Of a stretch of 64,000 nt of DNA, positions 8,817-18,686 are shown piece after piece. The DNA comes from Dehalococcoidia bacterium (GTDB lineage Bacteria; Chloroflexota; Dehalococcoidia; UBA2979). Location of the stretch: assembly GCA_963667465.2 (NCBI GenBank), contig CAXXDN010000002.1:32001-96000 (forward strand), in the 5' to 3' direction. The position numbers and the translations under genes are program-made. Position 1 is the stretch's first letter. Each line of letters starts with the position of its first letter. The notes under the pieces are model-generated. The model saw nothing but the letters and a program-made list of their open reading frames with translations, was not told the DNA's origin and did not search any database.

Positions 8817-10046
8817 ATGCCGGGTCCGGAGATCAGGGGCAAGTACGCGATCGTGGGTGTCGGGGAGACCGAGTACTCCCGCAACTCCGGCCGCACCACG
8901 CGGGCGATGGGCGCCGAGGCGATTCGCAACGCCATCCAGGACGCCGGCATGTGGGAGGACCGCAAGGAAACCAGCTGGGGCATGCTCTCCTACCAGGGCC
9001 GCGGCTCCGCCAACGCCCCGGACCTCGCAGGCGAGGTCGGCATCCGCCTCGACTTCTTCTTCGACTGCATGGGCGGCGGCTCCTCGACCGAGGCGCTGAC
9101 CGGCATGGCGGTCGGCGTGATCGAGGCCGGGATGTGCGACGCGGTGATCATCAACCGCTCGATGAACGGCTTCACGGAGACGCGGACCGGCGGCACCGGC
9201 CAGCAGGCGCCGCGCTTCACCACGGCCAACGGCATGGACACGCTGCAGACGGCGATCTACGGCTTCGGCACGCCGCTGCAAAACTTCTCTCTCGCCTTCG
9301 TGCGCCACATGCACAACTACGGCACGACCAACGAGCAGCTCGCCGAGGTCAAGGTCGCCCACAGCTGGGGCGCCTCGAATAACCCGAAGGCCTACTACAA
9401 GACGCGGCTGACCGTGGAGGACGTAGTCAACTCCCGCTACATCGTGAAGCCGTTCCACCTGCTGGACTGCTGCGTGGAGACGGACAACGGGACGGCGATC
9501 ATCGTGACGACGGCGGAGCGGGCGGCGAGTCTGGCGAAGCCGGTGGTCAAGATCCTCGGCCTGGCGGGCCGCGTCTGTAAGTGGCAGGCCGGCTACCCCT
9601 GGCAGAACGACCCGATATCGCAGGTCGCCGGCGAGTACAACGCTCGCATCCTCTGGCCGAACGCGGGCGTCGGCCCCGAGGACATCGACATCACCGGCTC
9701 CTACGACGCGTTCACCTTCACCTCGCTGATCCAGCTCGAGGCCTACGGCTTCTGCCCGATCGGCGAGGGCGGCACCTACGTCTCCGACGGCACCATCAAG
9801 CTGGGCGGGAAACGGCCGAACAACCCCTCGGGCGGTCACCTCTGCGAGGGCTACACGCACGGCATGAACATGGTGATCGAGAACGTGCGTCAGCTGCGCA
9901 AGCAGGTGGACGACTACTGCACCGGCGATCACACCTTCGACTACAGCGAGGGCGCGTGCCGCCAGGTGCAGGACCCGGAGATCACCGCCAACCTCGGTTG
10001 GGCGAACCCGGGCACGGCCTCCTCGATGGTGATGACGAACCAGTAG
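8817..10046 (+). CDS. Thiolase-fold protein (Ltp2/SCP2-like)
   Basis: AIVGVGETEYS, HLLDCCVETD, SYDAF, GGHLCEGYTHG. Confidence 0.9.
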   Translation: MPGPEIRGKYAIVGVGETEYSRNSGRTTRAMGAEAIRNAIQDAGMWEDRKETSWGMLSYQGRGSANAPDLAGEVGIRLDFFFDCMGGGSSTEALTGMAVGVIEAGMCDAVIINRSMNGFTETRTGGTGQQAPRFTTANGMDTLQTAIYGFGTPLQNFSLAFVRHMHNYGTTNEQLAEVKVAHSWGASNNPKAYYKTRLTVEDVVNSRYIVKPFHLLDCCVETDNGTAIIVTTAERAASLAKPVVKILGLAGRVCKWQAGYPWQNDPISQVAGEYNARILWPNAGVGPEDIDITGSYDAFTFTSLIQLEAYGFCPIGEGGTYVSDGTIKLGGKRPNNPSGGHLCEGYTHGMNMVIENVRQLRKQVDDYCTGDHTFDYSEGACRQVQDPEITANLGWANPGTASSMVMTNQ

Positions 10047-10073
10047 TTCGCCGGCAGCGGCCGGGAATGCGTT

Positions 10074-10095
10074 GGGGGCGCCGCGGGGCGCCCCC
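10074..10095. terminator. GC hairpin between convergent genes
   Basis: GGGGGCGCC-gcgg-GGCGCCCCC. Confidence 0.6.
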
Positions 10096-10108
10096 TTCCG
10101 CGTCCGCG

Positions 10109-10537
10109 TCAGGGCAGGGCGTCCGGCCAGGGATTGACGAGATCGATCCCGCACCCCTCGAAACCGCCCGAGTCGCGAGTCGCGACCGGCACTCCTGCCG
10201 AGCGCGCGATCGCTGCGATTTGGCAGTCCGACTGGCTGATTGGACGGCCAGTCGCGCGGCGACTGGCCGCGATGACGGCGTACTCGCGGGCTGCATCACT
10301 ACCGAACGGCAGGATGGGCTGGGCGAACATTGCGCCCAGCGTGCGCTCGGCCGCAGCGGCCAATCCGCGACGACGCTCTCCCGACGGCAGCAACGCGATT
10401 CCGGTTCGGATTTCCGCCTCGGTCACCGCCGTGACGAAGAGGCTGTTCAGGGGCTGCTGGTCGACCCATGCGAGTACTTCGGGTCGCGGGTTGTCCCGCA
10501 TGAGTTCCGAGACGACGTTGGTGTCGAGAATGAACAC
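10109..10537 (-). CDS. vapC: PIN-domain VapC/FitB toxin
   Basis: FILDTNVVSELMR, DCQIAAIA, ATRD. Confidence 0.93.
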   Translation of the reverse strand: MFILDTNVVSELMRDNPRPEVLAWVDQQPLNSLFVTAVTEAEIRTGIALLPSGERRRGLAAAAERTLGAMFAQPILPFGSDAAREYAVIAASRRATGRPISQSDCQIAAIARSAGVPVATRDSGGFEGCGIDLVNPWPDALP

Positions 10538-10546
10538 TCCCGGGGC

Positions 10547-10792
10547 CTAGTCAAACTGTGGGACTTCGCGCATCGGTTCCCTCGGAGGGATCGGCAGGTC
10601 GACGCCGCCGAACGGCTTGAACAACTCGTGAATCGCCGTTCCGAGATTCCCCGGGGGCGCCGATTCCTCGGCCAGTGCCGCGCGGAGAATCTCGCGCACC
10701 TCCTGCTCCATCGAGTGGCCGCGCTCCGCCGCCCGAATGCGTAGCCGCCGCTTCAGTCCTTCATCGAGGTTACGTACCGTGATGCTGGCCAT
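10547..10792 (-). CDS. FitA-like RHH antitoxin
   Basis: MASITVRNLDEGLKRRLRIRAAERGHSMEQEVREIL. Confidence 0.9.
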   Translation of the reverse strand: MASITVRNLDEGLKRRLRIRAAERGHSMEQEVREILRAALAEESAPPGNLGTAIHELFKPFGGVDLPIPPREPMREVPQFD

Positions 10793-10814
10793 GACCGACG
10801 GGCTCCACTCAGGC

Positions 10815-10851
10815 TGCAACGCAATCATACGGTGATTGCAACGCAATCACC
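10815..10851. promoter_or_regulatory. Probable FitA-type operator
   Basis: Palindrome GGTGATTGC-aac-GCAATCACC and repeated tgcaacgcaatca; resembles the FitAB TGCTATCA/TGATAGCA half-sites. Confidence 0.55.
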
Positions 10852-10897
10852 ACCGCGGAATCGCCCCTCTGCGCAGGCTTGTTGCCGCAAGCCACGC

Positions 10898-11695
10898 CTA
10901 CGAACCCGGCGGCCGCCGCGGCGTGTAGGGCGGCGGGTCGGCCATGTGCGGCAGGCCGTGCGCGCCGCCGGGGCGGAAGTCGAGCGGCGCGTGGCGGTGC
11001 AGACGCAGCAGCCGCACCAGCGTCTCGATGTCGGGGACAGCCTCCGGGAAGCCCGTTCCGACGCGCCCCACGGCAGGGAGGCTATGGACGTCCGAGCCGG
11101 CGGTGCGGCCGACGCCCAGCTCCTCGGCAAGCGTCGCCCAGTAGCCGTCGACGTGGTCCGTGTGGTCGCCGTTGACGACCTCGACCGCCTCGAACAGGTC
11201 CGGGATGGCGGACCAGCTCGGGCGCTGGTGATCGCCCTCGCGCATCGGGTGCGCCCAGACCATCGCACCGCCCTCGGCGATCACGATCTCGCGCAGGCGC
11301 TCGATGTTGGTCAGCTCCGGGCGGTAGCGATCGAGGCCGAAGACGAGCACGTGGCCGTGCGTGCTGCCGATCTCCATGCCCGGCAGCACGGTGACGCCGT
11401 GCCGCTCGCCGATCTCGCGCGCCTTGTCCGCATCCCAGATCGCGTTGTGCTCGGTGAGGCAGACGCCGTCGAGGCCACGCGCCGCTGCCTGCGCCACCAG
11501 CCGCTCGGCGCGCACCCCGCTGTCGAGCGAGAGCTCGGAGCTGTGGCAGTGCATGTCGACCACGGCGCCGCCCGGGAGCCGCGCGTCAGCGACGATGCCC
11601 AACTCCGCGCCGGGCTCGCTCGCCATCGAGAGTGCGGCCGGCTGCGGCAGGCCGGCCGCGGCGGCAGGCGGCGGCTCCGCCCCCTCCCCGGTCAC
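10898..11695 (-). CDS. PHP domain metallophosphoesterase
   Basis: DMHCHS, CLTEHN, GHVLVFG, AHP, GSDVH; start uncertain. Confidence 0.88.
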   Translation of the reverse strand: MTGEGAEPPPAAAAGLPQPAALSMASEPGAELGIVADARLPGGAVVDMHCHSSELSLDSGVRAERLVAQAAARGLDGVCLTEHNAIWDADKAREIGERHGVTVLPGMEIGSTHGHVLVFGLDRYRPELTNIERLREIVIAEGGAMVWAHPMREGDHQRPSWSAIPDLFEAVEVVNGDHTDHVDGYWATLAEELGVGRTAGSDVHSLPAVGRVGTGFPEAVPDIETLVRLLRLHRHAPLDFRPGGAHGLPHMADPPPYTPRRPPGS

Positions 11696-11729
11696 GAGGC
11701 GATATGCACGGCTGCCTGCACCCGGCTCG

Positions 11730-12704
11730 CTAGCCTGCCGCCCGCTCGCGGGCGAGGCGGATCAGCTCCGGCAGCACCTCCAGGCAGTCGCCGGTAATGC
11801 CGTAGCGGGCGTAACGGAAGATCGGTGCGTCGCCGTCGGTGTTGACGCCGACGAGCACGCGCGCCGTCGAGCAGCCGACCATGTGCTGGCTCGCGCCGGA
11901 GATGCCCGCCGCGATGTAGAGGTCCGGGCTGACGATCTTGCCCGTCAGGCCCACCTGCTCCTCGGCTGGCGCCCAGCCGTCGTCGACGATCGCGCGCGAA
12001 GCGCCCGGCAGGCCGGCGAGGGCTTCCGCGAGCTCGCGAATCAGGCCGAAGTTGTCGCCCAGCTGCAGGCCGCGCCCGCCCGAGACGACGATCTTCGCGT
12101 CCTCCAGGCGCGGGCCGGTGAGCGCCGCGGGCTCCTCGACGGTCACGCGTTCTTCGGCAGGCGCGACGTCGAGGGCTACCGTCTCCGCCGTTCGCCCGGC
12201 CTCGCGCTCCGGCGCCGTGGCGACGCCCGGCGCGAGCGAGACGACGCGAGGCGTCGCGTTCATGCGGTAGACCGCGCGCGCCGCGCCGCCGAAGACGGAG
12301 GCGACGGCCTCGACGTTCGCGCCGGCGGTGCGGAAGCTGCTCACGCCCATCACGCAGCCGCCACCCAGCCGCGCGCCGAGGCGCGGCGCCAGCTCGAGCG
12401 CGTTCGGGCCGCGCGCGACGATCACGCTGCTCGCGCCGGAGGCGCTCACCGCCTCGGCTGCGGCGGCGACGACGGCGTCGCCGGCGAAGGTGGCGAGGTG
12501 ATCGGCGTCGGCGCTGAGCACCTGCTCCGCGCCGCGCTCCGCGGCCTCGGCGGCGGCTGCCTCGAGACCCTGTCCGATGAGCGCGCAGGCAAGCGGCTCG
12601 CCGAGGGCGTCGGCGAGGCTGCGTGCGATGCCGAGCGCCTCGCCCTCGGCCTGGTTGAGTCCGTCCGATCCGGGTTGCGCGATGACGACCAGCACGCCGC
12701 TCAC
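11730..12704 (-). CDS. etfA: Electron transfer flavoprotein alpha subunit
   Basis: VSGGRG, GASRA, QVGLTGKIVSPDLYIAAGISGASQH. Confidence 0.93.
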   Translation of the reverse strand: MSGVLVVIAQPGSDGLNQAEGEALGIARSLADALGEPLACALIGQGLEAAAAEAAERGAEQVLSADADHLATFAGDAVVAAAAEAVSASGASSVIVARGPNALELAPRLGARLGGGCVMGVSSFRTAGANVEAVASVFGGAARAVYRMNATPRVVSLAPGVATAPEREAGRTAETVALDVAPAEERVTVEEPAALTGPRLEDAKIVVSGGRGLQLGDNFGLIRELAEALAGLPGASRAIVDDGWAPAEEQVGLTGKIVSPDLYIAAGISGASQHMVGCSTARVLVGVNTDGDAPIFRYARYGITGDCLEVLPELIRLARERAAG

Positions 12705-13498
12705 AGCACGCCCTCCTCTTCCAGCTTCGCGAACAGGGTCGCGGCCTGCTCGGCGGGCGTCGCGCCCTCGATCTGCTCGCACTGGCCCTGCACGTCGGGG
12801 ACGAACAGCTCGACCAGCTCGACGCCGTGCGCGCCCTCGCTGGCGTCGAGGTCGGCGGCGGCGCGCACGGTCGGCGGGCGGCGGCGGGCAGCGATCATGC
12901 CGCGGCTCGTCGGGTAGCGAGGCACGCCGAGCTCGTTGCTGATCGTCACGACGGCGGGCGTGGCCACCGAGACGAGCTCCTCGCCGAGCGGCGTCGCGCG
13001 CTGCACCCGCAGCCGCCCGTCCCCGGCCGTAACGCCGAAGCCGAGCGTGACGCAGGCAAAGCCGAGCAGCTCCGCCAATGCACCGGGCACGGTGCCCTGG
13101 TCGTAGTCCGAGGACTGGCGCCCGCAGAGCACGAGGTCCACGTCGCCCAGCTCTGCGATCTGGGCGCTGAGCAAGCGCGCGGTGCGCAGCGCGTTGCCGG
13201 CCCCGGCCTCAGGGTCATCGATGCGGATGATCTCGTTGCAGCCCATCGCGACGCAGTGCTTGAGCACCTGGTCGACGTCCTCGCCGCCGACGGAGATGGC
13301 GGTGATCTTGACTTCGTCACCGTCGTCGCGGAGGCGCAGCGCCGCCTCGATCGCCTGGTCGTCGTAGGCGTTGATGATCAGCGGCAGCCGGGTGCTGAAC
13401 GCCCGTCCGCTCTCGTCGACGTCGAGCTGGCCCCACAGCGCGTAGCTGTTGACGCCGTCCGGGTCGACGACCTGCTTGACGCAGATCACGATGTGCAT
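12701..13498 (-). CDS. etfB: Electron transfer flavoprotein beta subunit
   Basis: MHIVICVKQV, CGRQSSDYDQG, PRYP. Confidence 0.93.
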   Translation of the reverse strand: MHIVICVKQVVDPDGVNSYALWGQLDVDESGRAFSTRLPLIINAYDDQAIEAALRLRDDGDEVKITAISVGGEDVDQVLKHCVAMGCNEIIRIDDPEAGAGNALRTARLLSAQIAELGDVDLVLCGRQSSDYDQGTVPGALAELLGFACVTLGFGVTAGDGRLRVQRATPLGEELVSVATPAVVTISNELGVPRYPTSRGMIAARRRPPTVRAAADLDASEGAHGVELVELFVPDVQGQCEQIEGATPAEQAATLFAKLEEEGVL

Positions 13499-13542
13499 GC
13501 GGCCTCCTTCGGTCGCGTTCCGTGCGTGTGCGGGCTGCGGCC

Positions 13543-13869
13543 CTAGTCCTCGTCGTCGAAGAAGACGAAGCTCTCCTCGCACCAGACGAGCTGGGCGCCC
13601 TGTCCGCTGTGATCGTCGATGCTGCGCCCGGCGAGTTCCAGCCAGCGCCAGGGTGGGTCGCCTTGCTCGAAGCGGCGGCCGGTGGCCACGCCGCGGTACG
13701 TGACGCGGCCGGCGTAGTCCGTGCCCTCGATCTGCGCGCCGCCCTCGCAGGTGCAGGGTCGGCCCAGCAGCGACTCGTCGAAGAAGTAGCGGACGTCCTC
13801 TTCCTCGTCGATGGCCTCAGGGGCCGCGTCGTCGAGGTCCTCGGGGCGCTCGCCCTCGGGCCCACTCAC
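13543..13869 (-). CDS. Acidic hypothetical protein
   Basis: Non-low-complexity ORF upstream of etfB on the same strand; GTG start chosen manually. Confidence 0.6.
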   Translation of the reverse strand: MSGPEGERPEDLDDAAPEAIDEEEDVRYFFDESLLGRPCTCEGGAQIEGTDYAGRVTYRGVATGRRFEQGDPPWRWLELAGRSIDDHSGQGAQLVWCEESFVFFDDED

Positions 13870-14045
13870 TGGCCTGTCCCCCCGCCGCAGCCAACGTGGC
13901 GCGGCGCAAGTTTCGCGTCGCCTCGCGGCGGCGTCAAAGCGCCTCGCGGCGGGCGTCATTCTAGCCGCCCGCGCCGCCTGCTACGATCCGCGCCGAGCCG
14001 CCGGCGAGCCGCACGGGCACACCGGCGAAGCAGTGGGAGGGCCGT

Positions 14046-15002
14046 ATGGGACTCGCAGATCGGACGCCACCGTCGCAGGACGACTTCTTCGCCTACCGCG
14101 AGCGCTTCAGCAACTGGGGCCGCTGGGGCGACGACGACCAACTGGGCACGCTCAACCACATCACTCCCGAGGTGCGCGCGCAGGCGGCCGGACTGGTGCA
14201 GGCGGGCCGGGCGGTTTCGCTCGCAAACTCGCTGGACACGCGGCCGGGCCCGCGCAACCCGTTCCCCGTCTCGCACTACCTGCGCTGGCACCAGGGCATC
14301 GCCTGGGACTTCTTCGCGATCAACTACCACGGCCTGACCAACACGCACGTGGATGCGCACTGCCACATCTTCACCGACGACGAGGAGCCGCTGCTCTACA
14401 ACGGCAAGCCCGCCTCGTTGGTGGCGGTGACGGGCGCGAAGAGCGGGTCCGTGGAGCACTGGCGCGACGGCATCGTCACGCGCGGCGTGCTCTACGACAT
14501 CCCTCGCTTCCGCGGGACCGACCACGTCAGCTACGAGGAGCCCGTGCACGGCTGGGAGCTGGAGGACTGCGCGCGGGCGCAGGGCGTCGAGCCGCGATCG
14601 GGCGACGCGGTGATCATCCGCTCCGGCGCGGACGCCGTGCAGCGCGCGCTGCAGAGCGGCACACTGGAGGCGCCGAGCGAGGGCGCGAGCATCACCGTGC
14701 CGGGCGCGCCGCCCCGGCCGGGCGTGCACGCCTCGGCGATCGAGTTCCTCTACGAGTACGACGCCTCGATCCTGGTCTGGGACCTGCAGGAGGCGGCGGG
14801 GCAGGGCTTCGAGGGCAGCGGCGGCGCGATCCACCAGGTCGCGCTGCCCTACATGGGCCTGCCGCTGCTGGACAACGCCAACCTCGAGGCCGTCGGCGTG
14901 GCCTGCGCCGAGCTGGGCCGCCACGAGTTCCAGTTCGTCTGCGCCCCGCTGGTGATCTGGGGCGGCACCGGCTCACCGGTGAACCCGCTGGCGGTGCTGT
15001 AG
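14046..15002 (+). CDS. Cyclase/kynurenine formamidase family protein
   Basis: SNWGRWG.DDQLGTLN, HGLTNTHVDAHCH, GGTGSPVNP. Confidence 0.92.
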   Translation: MGLADRTPPSQDDFFAYRERFSNWGRWGDDDQLGTLNHITPEVRAQAAGLVQAGRAVSLANSLDTRPGPRNPFPVSHYLRWHQGIAWDFFAINYHGLTNTHVDAHCHIFTDDEEPLLYNGKPASLVAVTGAKSGSVEHWRDGIVTRGVLYDIPRFRGTDHVSYEEPVHGWELEDCARAQGVEPRSGDAVIIRSGADAVQRALQSGTLEAPSEGASITVPGAPPRPGVHASAIEFLYEYDASILVWDLQEAAGQGFEGSGGAIHQVALPYMGLPLLDNANLEAVGVACAELGRHEFQFVCAPLVIWGGTGSPVNPLAVL

Positions 15003-15022
15003 GCGGCGGCGGACGCATCAAG

Positions 15023-15156
15023 GTGAGGCTTGAGTACACGCGGCATGCGATTCACGCGATGGCGGAACGAGGAATCCTCGAGGCGGTGAGCGCCCGCGCT
15101 GCACCAGGCGGGTGGTGAGCGTATTCTTTGGTCGGGACGCAGGAGAACGGCTGTGA
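15023..15156 (+). pseudogene. Internally deleted DUF4258-type toxin
   Basis: N-terminal VRLEYTRHAIHAMAERGI plus frameshifted C-terminal RVVSVFFGR; overlaps the DUF2283 start. Confidence 0.65.
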
Positions 15157-15353
15157 GACTGAGCGTGGACAAGACGGCCGATGCGCGCTACCTGCGGCTC
15201 GATGAATCCTCCATCGTCGAGTCCGAAGAGGTTTCGCCCCGGATCGTGCTCGACTACGACGAGTCGAACGAGGTGGTTGGCGTGGCGATCCTGCACCTCT
15301 CGAGCCGCTCTCCCGAGCTGAACCTGTCCGTCCTGCAATTCGAGACTGCCTGA
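15153..15353 (+). CDS. DUF2283 family protein (putative antitoxin)
   Basis: DKTADARYLRL...ESEEV...LDYD...VVGVAIL. Confidence 0.88.
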   Translation: MRLSVDKTADARYLRLDESSIVESEEVSPRIVLDYDESNEVVGVAILHLSSRSPELNLSVLQFETA

Positions 15354-15382
15354 GCACCGCAGGTGCCGGACTCTCCGCGGGC

Positions 15383-16195
15383 TTGCCCATGAGCAGCATG
15401 ACTGCGGAGCAGCAGAGGCGATTGGCAGCGCTTAATCGCTTCGAGCGTGCGACCGAGGTGCCGCTGCTCGTACTCGCGCTGCTCATGGTCCCGTTGTTGG
15501 TGGCTCCTCTTGCGTTCCACCTGCCCGACGGGCGAGAACGGGTCATCTTTGCCCTCGACTGGTTGATCTGGGGCATCTTCGCGGCCGACCTGCTGATCCG
15601 GACCTGGCTCGCGCCCCGGAAGCTGAGCTACCTCCGGCAGCACTGGTTCGACGTACTGATCGTGGTGCTGCCGGTCCTGCGGCCGCTGCGCGTTGCGGGG
15701 TCGGCGCGCGCCCTGCGCGTACTCGCGGCGGCCCGGGTGCTCGTGTACGTGGCTCGGGCATCCGCCGCGACGCGCACGATCCTTGTTCGCCACGGTGTGC
15801 AGTCATCGCTGGCCTTCCTGGCCGTCGTACTTGCGGTCTCGGTGATCGCGATCTACTTCGCGGAGCGATCGAACGGCGGCCCAATCGACAGTCTGGATAC
15901 GGCGGTCTGGTGGGCGATCACGACCGCCACGACGGTCGGCTACGGTGACACCTACCCCGTCACGCCGCTGGGCCGAGGCATCGCCGTAGTGCTGATGATC
16001 GTCGGCATCGGCGTGTTCGCGGTGCTCACCGCAAGCGTGGCCGCGTTCCTCTTCGAGTCCGCGGAACCAGCCGCCGACACGGCGTCCGACGAGGTGCTGG
16101 AGGAGTTGAGGCGGCTGCACGCGCGTCTCGACGCCGCCGGGCTGGCCGAAGGCGAGCCGACTGCACCGATCGAAAGACCGATCGAAAGAGACTGA
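15383..16195 (+). CDS. Potassium channel family protein (6TM, voltage-sensor-like)
   Basis: WWAITTATTVGYGD filter; RPLRV..ARALR S4-like segment. Confidence 0.92.
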   Translation: MPMSSMTAEQQRRLAALNRFERATEVPLLVLALLMVPLLVAPLAFHLPDGRERVIFALDWLIWGIFAADLLIRTWLAPRKLSYLRQHWFDVLIVVLPVLRPLRVAGSARALRVLAAARVLVYVARASAATRTILVRHGVQSSLAFLAVVLAVSVIAIYFAERSNGGPIDSLDTAVWWAITTATTVGYGDTYPVTPLGRGIAVVLMIVGIGVFAVLTASVAAFLFESAEPAADTASDEVLEELRRLHARLDAAGLAEGEPTAPIERPIERD

Positions 16196-16197
16196 GT

Positions 16198-16332
16198 ATG
16201 GCAAGCAAGACGGTATCCGTCTGGTACGACGACGACGGCGAGGTCAGCGGATTCCTCAGCCACGAGCCAAGCACCCTGAAGCAGCGGAGCCCCGTCGAGT
16301 TCGAACTGGCCCGGGAGGATTCCGCTACGTGA
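16198..16332 (+). pseudogene. Internally deleted DUF2283-like remnant (44 aa)
   Basis: MASKTVSVWYD|DDGEVSGF...: both ends of a DUF2283-like protein, middle missing. Confidence 0.45.
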
Positions 16333-17596
16333 CCGTGATCGGGTGGGGGAGGGGCTGGTTGAAGAGGTAGCCCTTGTCGTTGAAGGGGACCTCCTCCGGC
16401 TGGGTCTCGCCCGAGGCGTCCGTGGCGCGGGTCATGATCGTGTGCTCGCCCGGCGCCGCGTCCCACTCGAACTCGAACTTCGCCCACGAGTAGTCGACCT
16501 GCGGGCCGGGCAGGTCCGCCTCGCTCCAGTTCGCGCCGCCGTCCGTACTCCACTCGACGCGCTCGATCGAGCCGTGGCCGGAATGCGCGTAGCCGTGGAG
16601 GCGGTGGACGCCCGCCGCGAGCTCGGCGGGCCAGGGCAGCGCGAGGGCGCTCTTGACGTTCTGCTCCTCGGCGATCTCGCCGACAGCCTCGCCCTCGGGC
16701 TCGTAGCGCGTGCCGATCATCACGTAGTGGGTGGTGTTGTTGCGCGTCCAGAGTTGCTCGCGCGAAACGACGATGCGGCCGAGCCACTTGATGCTGGTGG
16801 CTCCCACCCAGCCGGGCGCGATCGCGCGCAGCGGGAAGCCGTGGTCCTTCGGGAGCGTCTCGCCGTTCAGTTCGTAGGCGAGCAGCGTGTCCGGGTGCAG
16901 TGCCTTCTCGACCGGCACCACGCGCCGGAAGCCGCCCTCCGGGGCGTCGCTATCGAGGCCGACCAGCATCACGCAGACGGCGTCGTCGCGGACCCCGGCC
17001 AGCGTCAGCACGTCGCGCAGGGAGACGCCGGTCCACTCGCCGTTGGAGATGCCACCGGTACCCCACTGCGAGCCGGTGGTCAGCCAGCCGGCCAGCCGCT
17101 CGAACATCGCGCGCTGGTTGCCCGCGCACTCGAGGTAGGAGACGAACGTGCGCGAGGGGAGGCGGCGGATCTCGTCGTAGCCCAGCTCCAGCGGGCTGTC
17201 GATCCCGTCGCCCTCGATCGAGAGCCGCCAGTCCCCTGCGTCGACGTCGGTGCTCGCGGGCGAGTTGTTGCGCACGAAGAACAGCCGCGTCGGTGTGATC
17301 ACCTCGTCCATCAGTTCAAGGCGCGCCTCGAGGCTCGTATCGGCGTGCTCGTGGAACGGCTCAGTGTCCTTGAACCAGTGCGAGGGCTCGGCCGGTTCGT
17401 CGGGGTCGGCGCCACCTTCGAGGTCGATGCAGGCTACCAGCACGGCGGCCACGCCACCCGCAGCCATCAGTTCCAGGAAGCGGCGGCGAGTCATGCCGGA
17501 GGCGCTGGCGCGTCGCCAGAGCTCCCTGGACATCGCCTCGCCGCCCCTGTCTGTCGCGGCAGGATCGGGCGCGGTGACATCACGCCTCGAGGTCAT
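16325..17596 (-). CDS. Sulfite oxidase family molybdoenzyme, Tat-exported lipoprotein
   Basis: TRRRFL Tat motif, VLVAC lipobox, FFVRNN, LECAGN, HGFPLR, IKWL. Confidence 0.92.
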   Translation of the reverse strand: MTSRRDVTAPDPAATDRGGEAMSRELWRRASASGMTRRRFLELMAAGGVAAVLVACIDLEGGADPDEPAEPSHWFKDTEPFHEHADTSLEARLELMDEVITPTRLFFVRNNSPASTDVDAGDWRLSIEGDGIDSPLELGYDEIRRLPSRTFVSYLECAGNQRAMFERLAGWLTTGSQWGTGGISNGEWTGVSLRDVLTLAGVRDDAVCVMLVGLDSDAPEGGFRRVVPVEKALHPDTLLAYELNGETLPKDHGFPLRAIAPGWVGATSIKWLGRIVVSREQLWTRNNTTHYVMIGTRYEPEGEAVGEIAEEQNVKSALALPWPAELAAGVHRLHGYAHSGHGSIERVEWSTDGGANWSEADLPGPQVDYSWAKFEFEWDAAPGEHTIMTRATDASGETQPEEVPFNDKGYLFNQPLPHPITVT

Positions 17597-17740
17597 GTAT
17601 TCCTCCGTGGCCTGGGAGCGGGTTCCCGCCGAGCGCCTGACGCCCCTGATGCTGGCGCACCGCGCCGCTCAGGGCAAGGCCCGCGGCTGCTGCCGCTCAC
17701 CGGGGGGACGCTCGATCTGCGAGCGGGCGTAGTTCCCGCC

Positions 17741-18580
17741 CTACAGCCCCTGCTCGGCGACGACCTCGATGTCGTAGAGGATGTTGCCCGTGTACGAGCC
17801 GGGCGGCTGCGAGCAGATCCAGACGGCCGACTTGCCGAGGTCGTGCGCGACCTCGACGTCGAGCAGCGGTTCGTCGGGGTCGTCGATGTTGCGCAGCAGG
17901 GCGACGCCGGGCGTGGTCACCTGGTGGTCCGGCGAGAGGCAGTTGAAGGAGATGTTGTCTCGCTGGTGCTCCAGCGCGAGCTGCTGGTTGAGGCGGTCGA
18001 GCGCGGCCTTGGTCGGGCCGTAGAGGTACGAGGTAGGGCGCCGCTCCTCGACGGGGTAGGGGCCGGGCGGGTAGTTGACCGCACCGCGCGAGGAGATGTT
18101 GATCACATGCCCGCCGCCGGCTGCCCGCAGGTGCGGGATCGCGTGGCGCATCAGCAGGATCGGACCACGCACGTTCACGTTGAGCATGAGGTCGATGTGC
18201 CGCTCCGCCATCGTCTCGATCATGCCGCGCGCCTGGACGGCGGCGTTGTTGACGAGGATGTCGAGGCGGCCGAACTGCGCGACTGTGTCCGCGATGCAGG
18301 CGCGGCAGCTCTCCGGGTCACGCATGTCGAGACGGATCGCGAACCCGGTGCCGCCCTCGTCCTCGATCTCCTTGACGACGTCATGGATCGTGACGGGCCA
18401 GCGCGGGTCTGTGACCTCGGCGCTGCGGGCGGCGATGACGGTGGTCGCGCCGGCGCGCGCGAGGTAGAGGGCGATGTCGTGGCCGATGCCGCGCGTCGCC
18501 CCCGCGACGATCGCGACCTTGCCCGCCAGCGGCTTGCCGTCTTCAGCCATCACGCGCCCTCGATCCATCGTTCGCGGCAT
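17741..18580 (-). CDS. SDR family oxidoreductase
   Basis: AGATRGIG, LVNNAA, YGPTK; start may be 18551. Confidence 0.9.
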   Translation of the reverse strand: MPRTMDRGRVMAEDGKPLAGKVAIVAGATRGIGHDIALYLARAGATTVIAARSAEVTDPRWPVTIHDVVKEIEDEGGTGFAIRLDMRDPESCRACIADTVAQFGRLDILVNNAAVQARGMIETMAERHIDLMLNVNVRGPILLMRHAIPHLRAAGGGHVINISSRGAVNYPPGPYPVEERRPTSYLYGPTKAALDRLNQQLALEHQRDNISFNCLSPDHQVTTPGVALLRNIDDPDEPLLDVEVAHDLGKSAVWICSQPPGSYTGNILYDIEVVAEQGL

Positions 18581-18686
18581 TTTCCCGGCACGGCATGTAG
18601 TCGCCCGGAACGCGCGCGCGAGCGTAACAGGATGCGCAGTAGCGAGCAGCGCCGGACGCCGGCGAGGGCGCCCGGCGCTCAGGCGG

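Noticed and set aside
10831-10851. Palindrome GGTGATTGCA..GCAATCACC matches the outer 9-10 bp of the IS1595 TIRs (possible mini-IS or footprint)
   Set aside because: No 8-bp TSD flanks it, and its position upstream of a FitA-like gene and similarity to FitAB operator half-sites explain it better
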